From Mucilaginibacter sp. (lineage in GTDB: Bacteria; Bacteroidota; Bacteroidia; Sphingobacteriales; Sphingobacteriaceae): a stretch of 64,000 nucleotides of DNA. The stretch is from assembly GCA_965200995.1 (NCBI GenBank), contig OZ241743.1; one strand, given 5' to 3'. Shown here piece after piece: positions 7,580-17,150 of the stretch. The stretch's first letter is position 1; every line of letters begins with the position of its first letter. A model generated the notes under the pieces. It saw only the letters and a list, made by a program, of their open reading frames with translations. It did not search any database and was not told the origin of the DNA. Made by a program: the position numbers and the translations under genes.

Positions 7580-9262
7580 TTATTTACCGGCCGCAGGCTT
7601 CCTGGAAAAGAAAGACTGTACAGATTTATTAGTTGGGTCTAAATCACGAGCCTTGGTAAAGTTATCGGTTGCCTTGGCGGCATCCTTTTCTTTAAACTGG
7701 TAATAGTTACCTAAGTAAGCATAAGCTTCGGCCAATGGCTTTTTATCTGCATCGGCAACCGGGCTTTTAGCAGTGCTTAACTGGATGTATTCCTCATAAA
7801 AAGGCTTGGCATAACCGTTGATATTATCACGGCTGGTTTCCTTTAAATCGTTTACACGGGCACGATACAAGGTGGCAGCCGCATTAGGGGTAGGCAATTT
7901 TGCATTAATGTAGGCAAAGGCCGAATCAGCTTTAGTTAACAAGGCAGCATCAGGCGTAGGCTTTGGCTTAGCCGTGCTGTAATACTGATCCTGATACGCA
8001 TAGTAGTAACTCGACCCCTCACTGAAATAATCGGTCAGCTTGGCATTGCGCGATTTTACAATGTAATTGTGATACGCATCACCTGCCTTTTCATACTGCT
8101 TGTCGGCATAATAGGTTTTTGCCACATCGGCATAGGCATCAGCTAAAGTGCTGTCCATTGAAGCTGCTTTTTCTAAGTTCTTAACCGCCTCGGCAGTTTG
8201 GTTTTGCTTAGATTGGATGCGACCTAAATAATAGTAGTCGTAAGGTATCACCCGGTTACCTGCTTTTGAAATAAAGGTATTTAATGCAGTGGACGCGCCT
8301 GCATAATCACCATTTTCGTATTTAGCATAGGCTAAGTAACGGTAAGCACGCAGGTTAGCATTAGCACTTGTGCTTAAAGTATTAGCGGTTTGCTCTAACG
8401 CTTTAAAATCGCCGGCCTGGTATAAAAAATCGGCATAACGCAGTTGCGATTCTGGCGAACGGTCTGTTAAATCCAAGTATTGTTTGTAGTGGTCAGCAGC
8501 TTCCTTCACCTTTACTGATGCCTGCGCCCTCACGTTTTTAGCCCAGCGCAAATCAGTTTCTGCCCATTCGCGGTAAGCAGGGCCAAAATTCGGGTCTGTG
8601 GCTAAAGCGGTTTTAAACTGCGTTTCAGAATCTTCAAAGTTATTGGCAAACCTCCACAATACACCGGTAGCTACGTTGGCCTTTGCCGATTTAGGGTCAA
8701 TGGCTAACGCCTGGCTGTATGCCTTGTACGCTTCGTTGCTCTTTAACTGCGAACGGTAAGCATTACCTAAGGACACATACAGATCTGCATCCTTAGCATT
8801 TGCTGCGATACCCTTATTTAATACGGCTATGGCAGCATTGGCATTGGCAGGATCCATCAGGTAGCTTTCTCCAATATATACATAAGGCTTGCTATCTTTT
8901 TTGGCCAGTGATACTGCCTTATCAAAGTTTTGCTGTGCGCCTGAATTATCCTTGTTTAAACGTGCTGCTGCACCCAAACCTGCATAATTTAACGCAGATT
9001 GCGGATTGGCGGCAATACCGCGGTTAAATACAGCTTTTGCAGAGTCGGCGTAATCCTGCTGTACATACACCCAGCCTAAATAGAAATAATTTTCATCTTT
9101 GGTAGACTGGGTATTTACTAAGTTTTTAAGAATTGACTTTGCTTTAGAATACTGTTCTGCATCAATTGCTTTTTTGGCATCAGCAAGGCTTTGCGCCGTT
9201 GCCGTGTAACCGGCAAACGCCAGCGCCAGTGAAGCTCCTGCTATTTTACTGATCATTTTCAT
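7580..9262 (-). CDS. Secreted tetratricopeptide-repeat (TPR) protein, last gene of the TonB operon
   Basis: 560 aa. Signal peptide MKMISKIAGASLALAFAGYTATAQS. Many 34-residue A/Y/L-patterned repeats (e.g. LGNAYRSQLKSNEAYKAYSQALAIDPKSAKA). Confidence 0.85.
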   Translation of the reverse strand: MKMISKIAGASLALAFAGYTATAQSLADAKKAIDAEQYSKAKSILKNLVNTQSTKDENYFYLGWVYVQQDYADSAKAVFNRGIAANPQSALNYAGLGAAARLNKDNSGAQQNFDKAVSLAKKDSKPYVYIGESYLMDPANANAAIAVLNKGIAANAKDADLYVSLGNAYRSQLKSNEAYKAYSQALAIDPKSAKANVATGVLWRFANNFEDSETQFKTALATDPNFGPAYREWAETDLRWAKNVRAQASVKVKEAADHYKQYLDLTDRSPESQLRYADFLYQAGDFKALEQTANTLSTSANANLRAYRYLAYAKYENGDYAGASTALNTFISKAGNRVIPYDYYYLGRIQSKQNQTAEAVKNLEKAASMDSTLADAYADVAKTYYADKQYEKAGDAYHNYIVKSRNAKLTDYFSEGSSYYYAYQDQYYSTAKPKPTPDAALLTKADSAFAYINAKLPTPNAAATLYRARVNDLKETSRDNINGYAKPFYEEYIQLSTAKSPVADADKKPLAEAYAYLGNYYQFKEKDAAKATDNFTKARDLDPTNKSVQSFFSRKPAAGK

Positions 9263-9276
9263 AGTTATCTGGTAGT

Positions 9277-10212
9277 TTAGTTATCTTTTACTTGTTTAGT
9301 TATATTAATCTCGCGCTGCGGTATGGAATCAGGCAGTAAGCCTGATTTTAACACAATACGCTGCCCGCGCTCACCCAGCAAAAAGTTTTCGAACCCTGCT
9401 CCCAGGCCCATACGGCCGGTACTGTTTATAACATACAAACTTCTGCTCAGCGGGTATTGTTTTAGCGCCAGCGTGGTTTGCGAAGGCTGAAAGTAGTGAT
9501 CAGGCTGCTTTTTATTGCTTTCATCTTTCACACTCATAATTTTAACCTTTGCCGCAGCGGCTGCATAATCGGCATCAGGTTCATCCAGCCAGCTAAATCC
9601 TACAAAGCCGATAGCGTTGGTATGTTCGCTTACATATTGAATAACGTCTTTATTTGATTTTAGTGCATAAACGTTCTTCAAATTATCAAGCTGATTGCCC
9701 GACAGTTCCCTCAAATAGCGGATGATGCTTGAATTGGGATTATCGAATACAATGCTTTTATCAGGATTATATTTACCATTAAGCATTTGCTTAATCTGTC
9801 CTACAGAAATCAACGTATCTTTTACTGCTGCATTCACTATTAATACGACAGCATCATGCGCAAAAGGATTAATGTTTGCAGCAAAACCCCTGTCATTCAA
9901 AAGCTTTTTTTCGGCAGCTGTTAAATCACGGGCCATAATGGCAAAACGCACATTGTTGTTCAGCAAGCCGTTTAATACCTGGCTTTCGGGCTGGTAGCTA
10001 AGCACTGGCTTGGCTTCGGTAAATATGCCTTTAAACACAAAGGCCTCTTCGTCTACAATGGGTTTAAAAGATTCATCAATACCAAAAACAGCCGTACCGG
10101 CATGAAAGCTATCGGTTTCTATTTTAGGCTGCGGCTTTTTCTTGCGGTTGCAGGCACTAAAGGCGATGGGTAATAAAAGGCAGATTATAACCAGTTTGAA
10201 ACGGTTACTCAT
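9277..10212 (-). CDS. PstS-like periplasmic substrate-binding-fold lipoprotein (PBP type 2)
   Basis: Resembles phosphate-binding-protein-like domains (...NAIGFVGFSWL..., ...YPLSRSLYVINS...). Preferred start is MSNRFKLVIICLLLPIAFSAC, which has a lipobox; the ORF track gives an upstream ATG at 10260. The ATG overlaps the upstream microprotein stop (ATGAGTAA). Confidence 0.75.
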   Translation of the reverse strand: MSNRFKLVIICLLLPIAFSACNRKKKPQPKIETDSFHAGTAVFGIDESFKPIVDEEAFVFKGIFTEAKPVLSYQPESQVLNGLLNNNVRFAIMARDLTAAEKKLLNDRGFAANINPFAHDAVVLIVNAAVKDTLISVGQIKQMLNGKYNPDKSIVFDNPNSSIIRYLRELSGNQLDNLKNVYALKSNKDVIQYVSEHTNAIGFVGFSWLDEPDADYAAAAAKVKIMSVKDESNKKQPDHYFQPSQTTLALKQYPLSRSLYVINSTGRMGLGAGFENFLLGERGQRIVLKSGLLPDSIPQREINITKQVKDN

Positions 10213-10435
10213 TATAACTTTTGCTTTGTATGCGTATAAAACGCAGGATGCCATAAACAATAAACAATGCCCCGAAAGTGTATCGCTGAAACTGCGTAAA
10301 TGGCAGCGGAAACTTCTTCCAGAACATAATCATTAACCCTAAAACAACGATGCTGATAAACAGCAGACCGCCTAAAATAAACAAAAATCGCCTTTTGGGC
10401 GATTTTTGTTTAAAATCATTATCTCTTGATAACAT
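10205..10435 (-). CDS. Hypothetical 76-aa two-helix membrane microprotein
   Basis: Internal ATG of the 99-aa track ORF, 7 nt after the tonB stop. Sequence MLSRDNDFKQKSPKRRFLFILGGLLFISIVVLGLMIMFWKKFPLP...FGALFIVYGILRFI. It overlaps the next gene by 8 nt. Confidence 0.5.
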   Translation of the reverse strand: MLSRDNDFKQKSPKRRFLFILGGLLFISIVVLGLMIMFWKKFPLPFTQFQRYTFGALFIVYGILRFIRIQSKSYNE

Positions 10436-10442
10436 AAACTTC

Positions 10443-11276
10443 TTATTGATCGGGCAATGTATAAGAGATAGGAATGGTGAACTGCGAACGTACAGACTTA
10501 CCATTTTGCCGGCCCGGAGTCCACTTCGGATAGGCCTTGATAGCTCTTATCGCTTCGTCCTGTAATGACTGGCTTGGGCCACGTAACGATTTAACGTCAG
10601 TTACCGAACCATCTCTTTCCACAACAAAGGTTACTACCACACGGCCCTGTGTACCGTTTTCACGGTCAACGGCAGGATAGCGGGTGTTTTTGCCCATGTA
10701 ATCATAAAACTTCTGCATACCACCTACCGGCTCGGCCTGAACTTCTACCGCAGTAAAAATTTCATTCGGGTCGGTTTCGGTTACCGCATTGTTTACCGGG
10801 GCATTACCTACCGGCTCATCAATACGAACCTGTGCATTCGGGTCACCTTTTACATCAGCCTGTCCCGGATCTTTTACTTCCAGATCTTTCTGAGTTGGCG
10901 GCTCTTTTTCACGAACTTCGTTATCCGGCTTTACCACTGGCGGCGGAAACTTCACCTGCGTGGTGTGCGGCTTTGGTGGTTCCTGCTTTGGCGGCGGCGG
11001 TTGCTCCTTTTTGGCATCAAGCGGCGGTGGCGGTTTTAAAATTACCTCGGTAATTTTAACCTTTGGCGCGGCTGCAGGGATAAACCCTTTGATTTTATTG
11101 ATAATGGTAGGCATTGATACGGCCAATATAAACAGGAGACCTGTGTAAATCAGCGCACGTACAGTGGTTTTAGGGTTGTTTTTACGCAACTCATAGGCAC
11201 CGTAAGTTTTATTTCTACCATTAAAAATAACCTCAAGCCAGTCAGGGTTTAATATGTCTAATTTTGATCCTAACAT
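10443..11276 (-). CDS. tonB: Energy transducer TonB
   Basis: 277 aa. N-terminal anchor helix, Pro-rich spacer (KPPPPLDAKKEQPPPPKQEPPKP) and C-terminal TonB domain (YPAVDRENGTQGRVVVTFVVERDGSVTDVK). Confidence 0.9.
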   Translation of the reverse strand: MLGSKLDILNPDWLEVIFNGRNKTYGAYELRKNNPKTTVRALIYTGLLFILAVSMPTIINKIKGFIPAAAPKVKITEVILKPPPPLDAKKEQPPPPKQEPPKPHTTQVKFPPPVVKPDNEVREKEPPTQKDLEVKDPGQADVKGDPNAQVRIDEPVGNAPVNNAVTETDPNEIFTAVEVQAEPVGGMQKFYDYMGKNTRYPAVDRENGTQGRVVVTFVVERDGSVTDVKSLRGPSQSLQDEAIRAIKAYPKWTPGRQNGKSVRSQFTIPISYTLPDQ

Positions 11277-11323
11277 AAGTTTGGCTTTTGTTTATTAGTA
11301 ACGTTTAATTAATCGCTTTAGTG

Positions 11324-11863
11324 TTAATAAATGTTCTCGCGTTTAAGCAGATCAATTTCAGGCGGAGTGATATCTACAATGGCGTACAAATCATTATTAG
11401 TGATGTGCATTTCATCAATGGTGTTCACCATGTTGTTGTAAACAGATTTATCGCTCGGCTTAATAATCACAAACATTTTTTTACCGGTAGATTGCTGAAT
11501 TTTCTGCCCTTCCTCAATCAGCGCTGCACGCAAACCATTTTTACCGTAACCGGTAACGGTTGGCGGGCTCAGTGGCTGAGTTGGCACGCCAATAAACCAT
11601 TCTGCTTTATTGTTTGAACCCAATAAAACCGTCATGGTTCTGGAAGCAGCAATCGGCTCCTGTTTGTGTTCTTTCTCGTCTTTATCCGGCATGGCCAAAT
11701 CCATGGCCTTAGGTTTATTGAGGGTAGTAGTAAGCATGAAGAAAGTTACCAGCAAGAAAGCTAAATCTACCATTGCGGTTAAATCCACACGGGTTGACTG
11801 CTTCTTACTTCTTACTTTCCCGCCCTTTTTACCACCCCCGCCGGAGGTATCTAATTCTGCCAT
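11324..11863 (-). CDS. exbD: Biopolymer transporter ExbD/TolR family (second copy)
   Basis: 179 aa. Single N-terminal TM with DLTAMVDLAFLLVTFFML, typical of ExbD. Starts 1 nt after the preceding exbD. Confidence 0.88.
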   Translation of the reverse strand: MAELDTSGGGGKKGGKVRSKKQSTRVDLTAMVDLAFLLVTFFMLTTTLNKPKAMDLAMPDKDEKEHKQEPIAASRTMTVLLGSNNKAEWFIGVPTQPLSPPTVTGYGKNGLRAALIEEGQKIQQSTGKKMFVIIKPSDKSVYNNMVNTIDEMHITNNDLYAIVDITPPEIDLLKRENIY

Positions 11864-11864
11864 T

Positions 11865-12479
11865 TTATTTACTTTCTCCTTTTAATGAAGTAATGAAACT
11901 AAATTTATTCACTTCCTGCTTTTGCAGTATGGCGATGATCTTTTTAATGGTTGGGTATTCCTCTTTGCTGTCGCCTTTAATGGTTACGCGCATTTCTGTA
12001 CCGTGCAGGTTTTTAGTTACCACACGTGCTTCGTGCACCCAGTTGTATAACTCACTGGTACCAGTGGTATCAGCAGGAACACCAGGCTGCTTAATGCGTT
12101 CACGGTCGGCGGGTTCAGCATCCAGGTACTGGCCTATCTGCGCAACCGGAACACCGATGGTATTCATATTGGCAAACTTATTTACCTGAGCCTGAGTGAA
12201 GCCTACGTTATACTTACTGCCCATTTGGGTAAGCAGCTCTTTTCTAACATCCGGCCCTTCCACACCAAAGAAAACTTTGCCCTGGCCTACAGTAAGAGTA
12301 GCAATATCCTTTTCAGGTATGCTTACGCTTGTGCTGGCCCCGGGGGTATCCACCGGTACCGGATCTTCAGCCTTTGGCTTTGCCGTTAAAATGAAAAAGG
12401 TAAGCAGCAGGAAGGCCACATCGCACATGGCCGTCATGTCTATCGCTGTACTTTTCCGGGGTATTTTTACTCTTGGCAT
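11865..12479 (-). CDS. exbD: Biopolymer transporter ExbD/TolR family (first copy)
   Basis: 204 aa. Contains IDMTAMCDVAFLLLTFFIL and a periplasmic domain. Confidence 0.88.
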   Translation of the reverse strand: MPRVKIPRKSTAIDMTAMCDVAFLLLTFFILTAKPKAEDPVPVDTPGASTSVSIPEKDIATLTVGQGKVFFGVEGPDVRKELLTQMGSKYNVGFTQAQVNKFANMNTIGVPVAQIGQYLDAEPADRERIKQPGVPADTTGTSELYNWVHEARVVTKNLHGTEMRVTIKGDSKEEYPTIKKIIAILQKQEVNKFSFITSLKGESK

Positions 12480-12524
12480 TTAATTTAAGTTTAGTAGATA
12501 TTAATGGTATCAATTTAACAGCGG

Positions 12525-12550
12525 GGCTGCCGCTTTATCGGGCGGCAGCC
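12525..12550 (-). other. GC-rich intra-operon hairpin between exbB and exbD
   Basis: ggctgccgc (12525-12533) pairs with gcggcagcc (12542-12550) across an 8-nt loop. There is no U-run on the transcribed strand, so it is probably a processing or stability element rather than a terminator. Confidence 0.4.
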
Positions 12551-12571
12551 TGCTTTTATATCAAACTAAAA

Positions 12572-13417
12572 TTAATATCTGGTCGTATTCTTATGAGAAG
12601 CGGCAAAGGTTTGTACAATGCTGAAACCTGTTTCATCAATTGCATAAGTCAGCTTGTCAATTTTTGAAGTGAACAAGTTGTACATGATAATTGATAAAGC
12701 AGAGGTTAAGATACCTAAAGCTGTATTGATCAATGCTTCAGAGATACCTACCGCTAACTCAGATGAGCTTGATGAACCAGAGGCGCCCAGTGAGTGGAAG
12801 GCCTTGATCATACCGGTTACTGTACCTAACAGCCCCATCAGTGTACCGATAGATACCAGAGTAGCAATGATAGTCAGGTTTTGCTCCAGCATCGGCATTT
12901 CAAGCGCGGTTGCTTCTTCAATATCTTTCTGGATAGCTAAAGTCTTCTGGTCTACGTCCAGGTTTGGCTCTGCTTCCATTTCGCGATATTTCTTTAAGCC
13001 TGATTTAATTACGTTAGCCACTGAACCTTTTTGCTTGTCGCACTCGGCGCTGGCAGCATCAATGTTACCTGAGTTTAAGTAACCGTTGATTTTGCGAACG
13101 AAAGTGTCAACACTGCCGGTACCAGAAGCTTTGCCGATTACCACAAAACGCTCGATAGTGAACACGATCAGCATCAGGAACATGGTCATCAGGATAGGTA
13201 CAATGATACCACCGCGGTGTACAGTACCAAAATAATCTGGCTCTCCCTTCTCTACGTCTCCACCTTTATAATGGCTTGCATCGCCCAATACGAAGATAAA
13301 AATGCACAGTGCGATAACAAAACAGATAGGAATAACCAGAGTTGCAAAAATGCTCGAGCCTGATGAAGATTCCTCTTTTTTAACAGGAGCAGCTGGTTTA
13401 ATTGGTGCGTTTGCCAT
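12572..13417 (-). CDS. exbB: MotA/TolQ/ExbB proton-channel protein
   Basis: 281 aa. Three TM helices and the C-terminal TLVSIGTLMGLLGTVTGMIKAF...ALINTALGILTS motif. Confidence 0.9.
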   Translation of the reverse strand: MANAPIKPAAPVKKEESSSGSSIFATLVIPICFVIALCIFIFVLGDASHYKGGDVEKGEPDYFGTVHRGGIIVPILMTMFLMLIVFTIERFVVIGKASGTGSVDTFVRKINGYLNSGNIDAASAECDKQKGSVANVIKSGLKKYREMEAEPNLDVDQKTLAIQKDIEEATALEMPMLEQNLTIIATLVSIGTLMGLLGTVTGMIKAFHSLGASGSSSSSELAVGISEALINTALGILTSALSIIMYNLFTSKIDKLTYAIDETGFSIVQTFAASHKNTTRY

Positions 13418-13731
13418 TACTTTTAATTTTAGTTGTTAGTTGTTGTTTATAAATATTAAAGTTAGTTAAATATGCAATGCTGATTGGCTTTAACAAAATT
13501 AAATTTTTTTAATTCAAAAAAAACCTGAATGTTATTCTTTTACAAAAATTTAAAATATAGTTTTTATTGGTGATTTACAGCTAACGCCAGATATAAGTTA
13601 AATGGTATACGCTGTTACTTTATTTTGCAATGAAAACCATTTTTTTTAAAAATTACAAGGGCTTGGGTATAAAAAAGTGTAACTAAACGGATATAATCAG
13701 CTTTTTGATGTGTAACCAGTACAAGTTAATG

Positions 13732-14073
13732 CTAACCTCCTGCTTTTTTTGCTTTGTAACCTTCTGCCTGCAGTAAGCCCAGCAGTTTATCCCTGAAATC
13801 GCCCTGAATCAATATTTCGGCTTCTTTTACTGAACCGCCAACCCCGCATTTGGTTTTTAGTTTCTTGCCCAGCGCTTCTAAATCTTCAGCAGTACCGGTA
13901 AAGCCCGTAATGCGGCTTACTAATTTGCTGCCGCCTTTACGGTCTAAATATATTTTCAGATTTTGCTGTTGCGGCGGCAGGGTTTGCGCAGTTGCCCGGT
14001 TTTCGTGCTGATATTCAAAATCAGGGTTGGTGGAGTACATTACCCCACTGATGTTATTGTTTTTTTTCGACAT
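13732..14073 (-). CDS. Translation initiation factor SUI1/YciH family
   Basis: 113 aa. The segment ...[13 protein letters not shown]...[25 protein letters not shown]... matches the SUI1 fold signature. Confidence 0.85.
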   Translation of the reverse strand: MSKKNNNISGVMYSTNPDFEYQHENRATAQTLPPQQQNLKIYLDRKGGSKLVSRITGFTGTAEDLEALGKKLKTKCGVGGSVKEAEILIQGDFRDKLLGLLQAEGYKAKKAGG

Positions 14074-14181
14074 CGTTCAACGTTTGTGCTGATTTAAAGA
14101 TAGGCAAAAACACCGCTGCTTACAACAGCCATACCGCAGCATTATTATTTATGCTGCTGCGCCTTTAATAAAAAAACGGTA

Positions 14182-15069
14182 TCAGGCATGGTAACCGCTG
14201 CCGGCTATCACTTTCAATACCTGCGGCTCAATTATTATATCGGCATCGGGCCCGGCTATCTGGGGTTCGCCGTCTAAATGTACAGGGCCGGGGCCGGTTC
14301 TTCTTACTTCAATCTGCTTGCCTTTAATAATCTCTACATATTTGGAGCCTTCAGATGTTTTGGTAAACATGCGCAGCCCCATTTCCGGAAAACGGTATAA
14401 CGGAAACGGTTTGATGATGCATACATCCAGCAAACCGTCCTGCACCGAGGCGTAGGGCGCCACATGGGCATTGTTACCATACTGCGATGAATTGGCAAAG
14501 CTCAGCATAAAGGCTTCACGCTCGTAACTCTGCCCATCGATAGTGATCTGGTAGCTTTGCGCTTTATACCTGGCAATCTCTTTAATGGAGGAAGTAAAGT
14601 AGGCGCCAAACCCACGCCCTTTTTGATGCGAAAATACCTCGCTGATATGCGCATCGAAACCCATACCCGCCATGTTGAAAAACCATTTGCCGTTCAGTTT
14701 TCCGCCATCTATCAACTGGGTATGGTAATCGTTCAGGTTTGTAATCGCCTTTACAGTATCCATCGGGATGCCCATAAAGCGGGCCAGCCCGTTACCTGAG
14801 CCGCAGGGAATAATTCCCAGCGCCAGCCCTGTGTTCACCAGGGCCGAACCTGCTTCATTAACCGTGCCGTCTCCGCCCACTGCCACTACCATTTCGTAAG
14901 AACGTATGGCGCCCAGCGCCATCTTGTAGGCATGGTTTACACTTTGGGTAAACATAAATACCGGCTCAAACTTTTGCAGGTCGAGGTGCTGCTTGATCAG
15001 CCCCGGTAAACGGTCCTTTTTCCTGCCTCCGGCTACCGGGTTGATGATGAATAGAACTTTTGTTTTCAA
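14182..15069 (-). CDS. Diacylglycerol/lipid kinase family protein (YegS/BmrU-like)
   Basis: 295 aa. Contains FIINPVAGG, VVAVGGDGTVNEA and GIIPCGSGNGLARFMG motifs. Confidence 0.88.
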   Translation of the reverse strand: MKTKVLFIINPVAGGRKKDRLPGLIKQHLDLQKFEPVFMFTQSVNHAYKMALGAIRSYEMVVAVGGDGTVNEAGSALVNTGLALGIIPCGSGNGLARFMGIPMDTVKAITNLNDYHTQLIDGGKLNGKWFFNMAGMGFDAHISEVFSHQKGRGFGAYFTSSIKEIARYKAQSYQITIDGQSYEREAFMLSFANSSQYGNNAHVAPYASVQDGLLDVCIIKPFPLYRFPEMGLRMFTKTSEGSKYVEIIKGKQIEVRRTGPGPVHLDGEPQIAGPDADIIIEPQVLKVIAGSGYHA

Positions 15070-15137
15070 CTATATGGAATATCAGGTATCAAAAGTAACC
15101 CTATTTTCGTCTTTTGTAAATATTGTTTTACTTTTAC

Positions 15138-15212
15138 GCGCTGAAAGTGGATTGATTTGAGCATACTGCCCATGCAGTTTACGGATTGCAACCACGTAAA
15201 AAAGTGCTAACC
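15138..15212 (+). ncRNA. Candidate SAM-responsive leader (SAM-II/SAM-V-like pseudoknot) upstream of metK
   Basis: Sequence GGAUUGAUUUGAGCAU ... hairpin ACUGC-CCAU-GCAGU ... UUGCAACCACGUAAAAAAGUGCUAA. AGCAU can pair with GUGCU across the hairpin. The U-rich 5' strand and the A-rich 3' strand ending GCUAA resemble my recollection of the SAM-II consensus. I could not run a covariance model. Confidence 0.3.
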
Positions 15213-15293
15213 CTACCCGCCCCTTTTTACGCCTCCGTTAGGCTCTTTTTCTCAGCTTTCTTGGTTTAACTTAAATTTAGCAACATCAATAGC

Positions 15294-16544
15294 ATGCCCT
15301 ATTTATTTACTTCAGAATCCGTATCAGAAGGTCACCCGGATAAAGTTGCCGACCAGATTTCAGACGCTTTAATTGACCAGTTCCTGGCCTTTGACCCTGA
15401 GTCGAAAGTAGCTTGCGAAACATTGGTAACCACCGGGCAGGTGATACTGGCCGGGGAGGTGAAATCAAAAGCGTACCTTGACGTACAAAAAATTGCCCGC
15501 GATGTCATCAACCGTATCGGCTATACCAAGGGCGACTATATGTTTGATGGTAATTCCTGCGGGGTGCTGTCGGCCATTCACGAGCAATCGCCCGATATTA
15601 ACCAGGGGGTTGACCGTGCCAGCAAAGAAGAGCAGGGCGCCGGCGACCAGGGAATGATGTTCGGCTATGCCACCAGGGAAACCGACAATTACATGCCGCT
15701 GGCACTGGATATTGCCCACGCTTTATTGATAGAACTGGCCGCCCTGCGCCGCGAGAATAATGAGATTAAATATTTACGCCCGGATGCCAAATCGCAGGTA
15801 ACGCTGGAGTATGATGACAACAACCAGCCGCAGCGCATTGATGCCATTGTAATTTCTACCCAGCATGATGATTTTGCCGAAGAAGCCGAGATGCTGGCCA
15901 AAATACGCGAGGATGTGATCAACATCCTGATCCCGCGCGTTAAGGCACGCTACGCTACATACGCACACTTTTTTAACGATGCCATTACCTACCATGTAAA
16001 CCCTACCGGTAAGTTTGTTATCGGCGGTCCGCATGGCGATACCGGCTTAACAGGCCGTAAAATTATTGTAGATACCTATGGTGGCAAAGGCGCCCACGGC
16101 GGCGGCGCCTTTTCGGGTAAAGACCCTTCAAAAGTAGACCGCTCTGCCGCTTACGCCACCCGCCATATTGCCAAGAACCTGGTGGCTGCCGGCGTGAGCG
16201 ATGAGGTACTGGTACAGGTATCCTACGCTATCGGCGTAGCCAAACCAATGGGTATCTATGTAAACACTTACGGCACCTCAAAAACCGGCTTAACCGATGG
16301 CGAGATTGCCGCCAAAGTAGAGCAGCTGTTCGACATGACGCCTTACGCCATTGAAACCCGCTTTAAACTGCGCAACCCCATTTACAGTGAAACCGCCGCT
16401 TACGGCCATTTTGGTAAACCCAGTACTACTGTAACCAAAACCTTTGTAAGCCCCGAAGGCCGCGAAGTAACCAGCGAGGTAGAACTATTTACCTGGGAGA
16501 AACTGGACTATGTGGATAAAGTAAAGGAAGCGTTTGGATTGTAA
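15294..16544 (+). CDS. metK: S-adenosylmethionine synthetase
   Basis: 416 aa. Contains [26 protein letters not shown] and [16 protein letters not shown] motifs. Confidence 0.98.
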   Translation: MPYLFTSESVSEGHPDKVADQISDALIDQFLAFDPESKVACETLVTTGQVILAGEVKSKAYLDVQKIARDVINRIGYTKGDYMFDGNSCGVLSAIHEQSPDINQGVDRASKEEQGAGDQGMMFGYATRETDNYMPLALDIAHALLIELAALRRENNEIKYLRPDAKSQVTLEYDDNNQPQRIDAIVISTQHDDFAEEAEMLAKIREDVINILIPRVKARYATYAHFFNDAITYHVNPTGKFVIGGPHGDTGLTGRKIIVDTYGGKGAHGGGAFSGKDPSKVDRSAAYATRHIAKNLVAAGVSDEVLVQVSYAIGVAKPMGIYVNTYGTSKTGLTDGEIAAKVEQLFDMTPYAIETRFKLRNPIYSETAAYGHFGKPSTTVTKTFVSPEGREVTSEVELFTWEKLDYVDKVKEAFGL

Positions 16545-16563
16545 ATGCATTTAATATTCTCAA

Positions 16564-16599
16564 TCAAAAGGGCAGCAACTAAAATTGCTGCCCTTTTGA
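16564..16599 (+). terminator. Intrinsic terminator of metK
   Basis: tcaaaagggcagcaa ctaaaa ttgctgcccttttga forms a 15-bp stem, followed by ttt. Confidence 0.8.
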
Positions 16600-16712
16600 T
16601 TTGTATGCCTGATTCTACCTGTAACTAATTCGCAACTTAACGTTTTTTTCAAATCGCACTTTTGCAGTTAATAATTATTGGCATATCTTAGAGACTGTCA
16701 ACCGCTTACATC

Positions 16713-17150
16713 ATGAATCCAACTGAACCTGCAGCACAAACCTTAACATTAACGAACAAAATCTATACAATTAAAGCGATACAAGTAGCTACATTTATAG
16801 GAGGCCCGCTTGTAGCAGGTTACTTAATTGCCGAAAATTATAAAGCTATTAATGAGCATGGTAAAGCGAAAACCACCTGGATTTATGCGGTAATAGCTAC
16901 CGTAATCATCTTTGGTTTAGCAATTTCAATTGCTGATAATGATCATATTAAGATACCTACACCTGTAATTCCACTTATATATTCGTGGATTACTTATTGG
17001 TTAGTACAAACCTATCAAAAGCAACAGATTGATACTTTCTTAACCTCAGGTGGTACAACATATAGCTGGTGGCGCACTATTGGTATTTCTTTAGCAGGAG
17101 CCATTATTACGTTTGGACTATTGTTTATTACACTGACCTTTATATTGTAG
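16713..17150 (+). CDS. Hypothetical membrane protein (about 4 TM helices)
   Basis: 145 aa with hydrophobic segments (IQVATFIGGPLVAGYLI, IYAVIATVIIFGLAISI, LIYSWITYWLV, ISLAGAIITFGLLFITLTFIL). No family recognised. Confidence 0.6.
   Translation: MNPTEPAAQTLTLTNKIYTIKAIQVATFIGGPLVAGYLIAENYKAINEHGKAKTTWIYAVIATVIIFGLAISIADNDHIKIPTPVIPLIYSWITYWLVQTYQKQQIDTFLTSGGTTYSWWRTIGISLAGAIITFGLLFITLTFIL

Noticed and set aside
10436-10504. Long version (99 aa) of the microprotein ORF
   Set aside because: It would overlap the 3' end of tonB by 62 nt. The internal ATG at 10435 sits 7 nt after the tonB stop and begins the hydrophobic protein.
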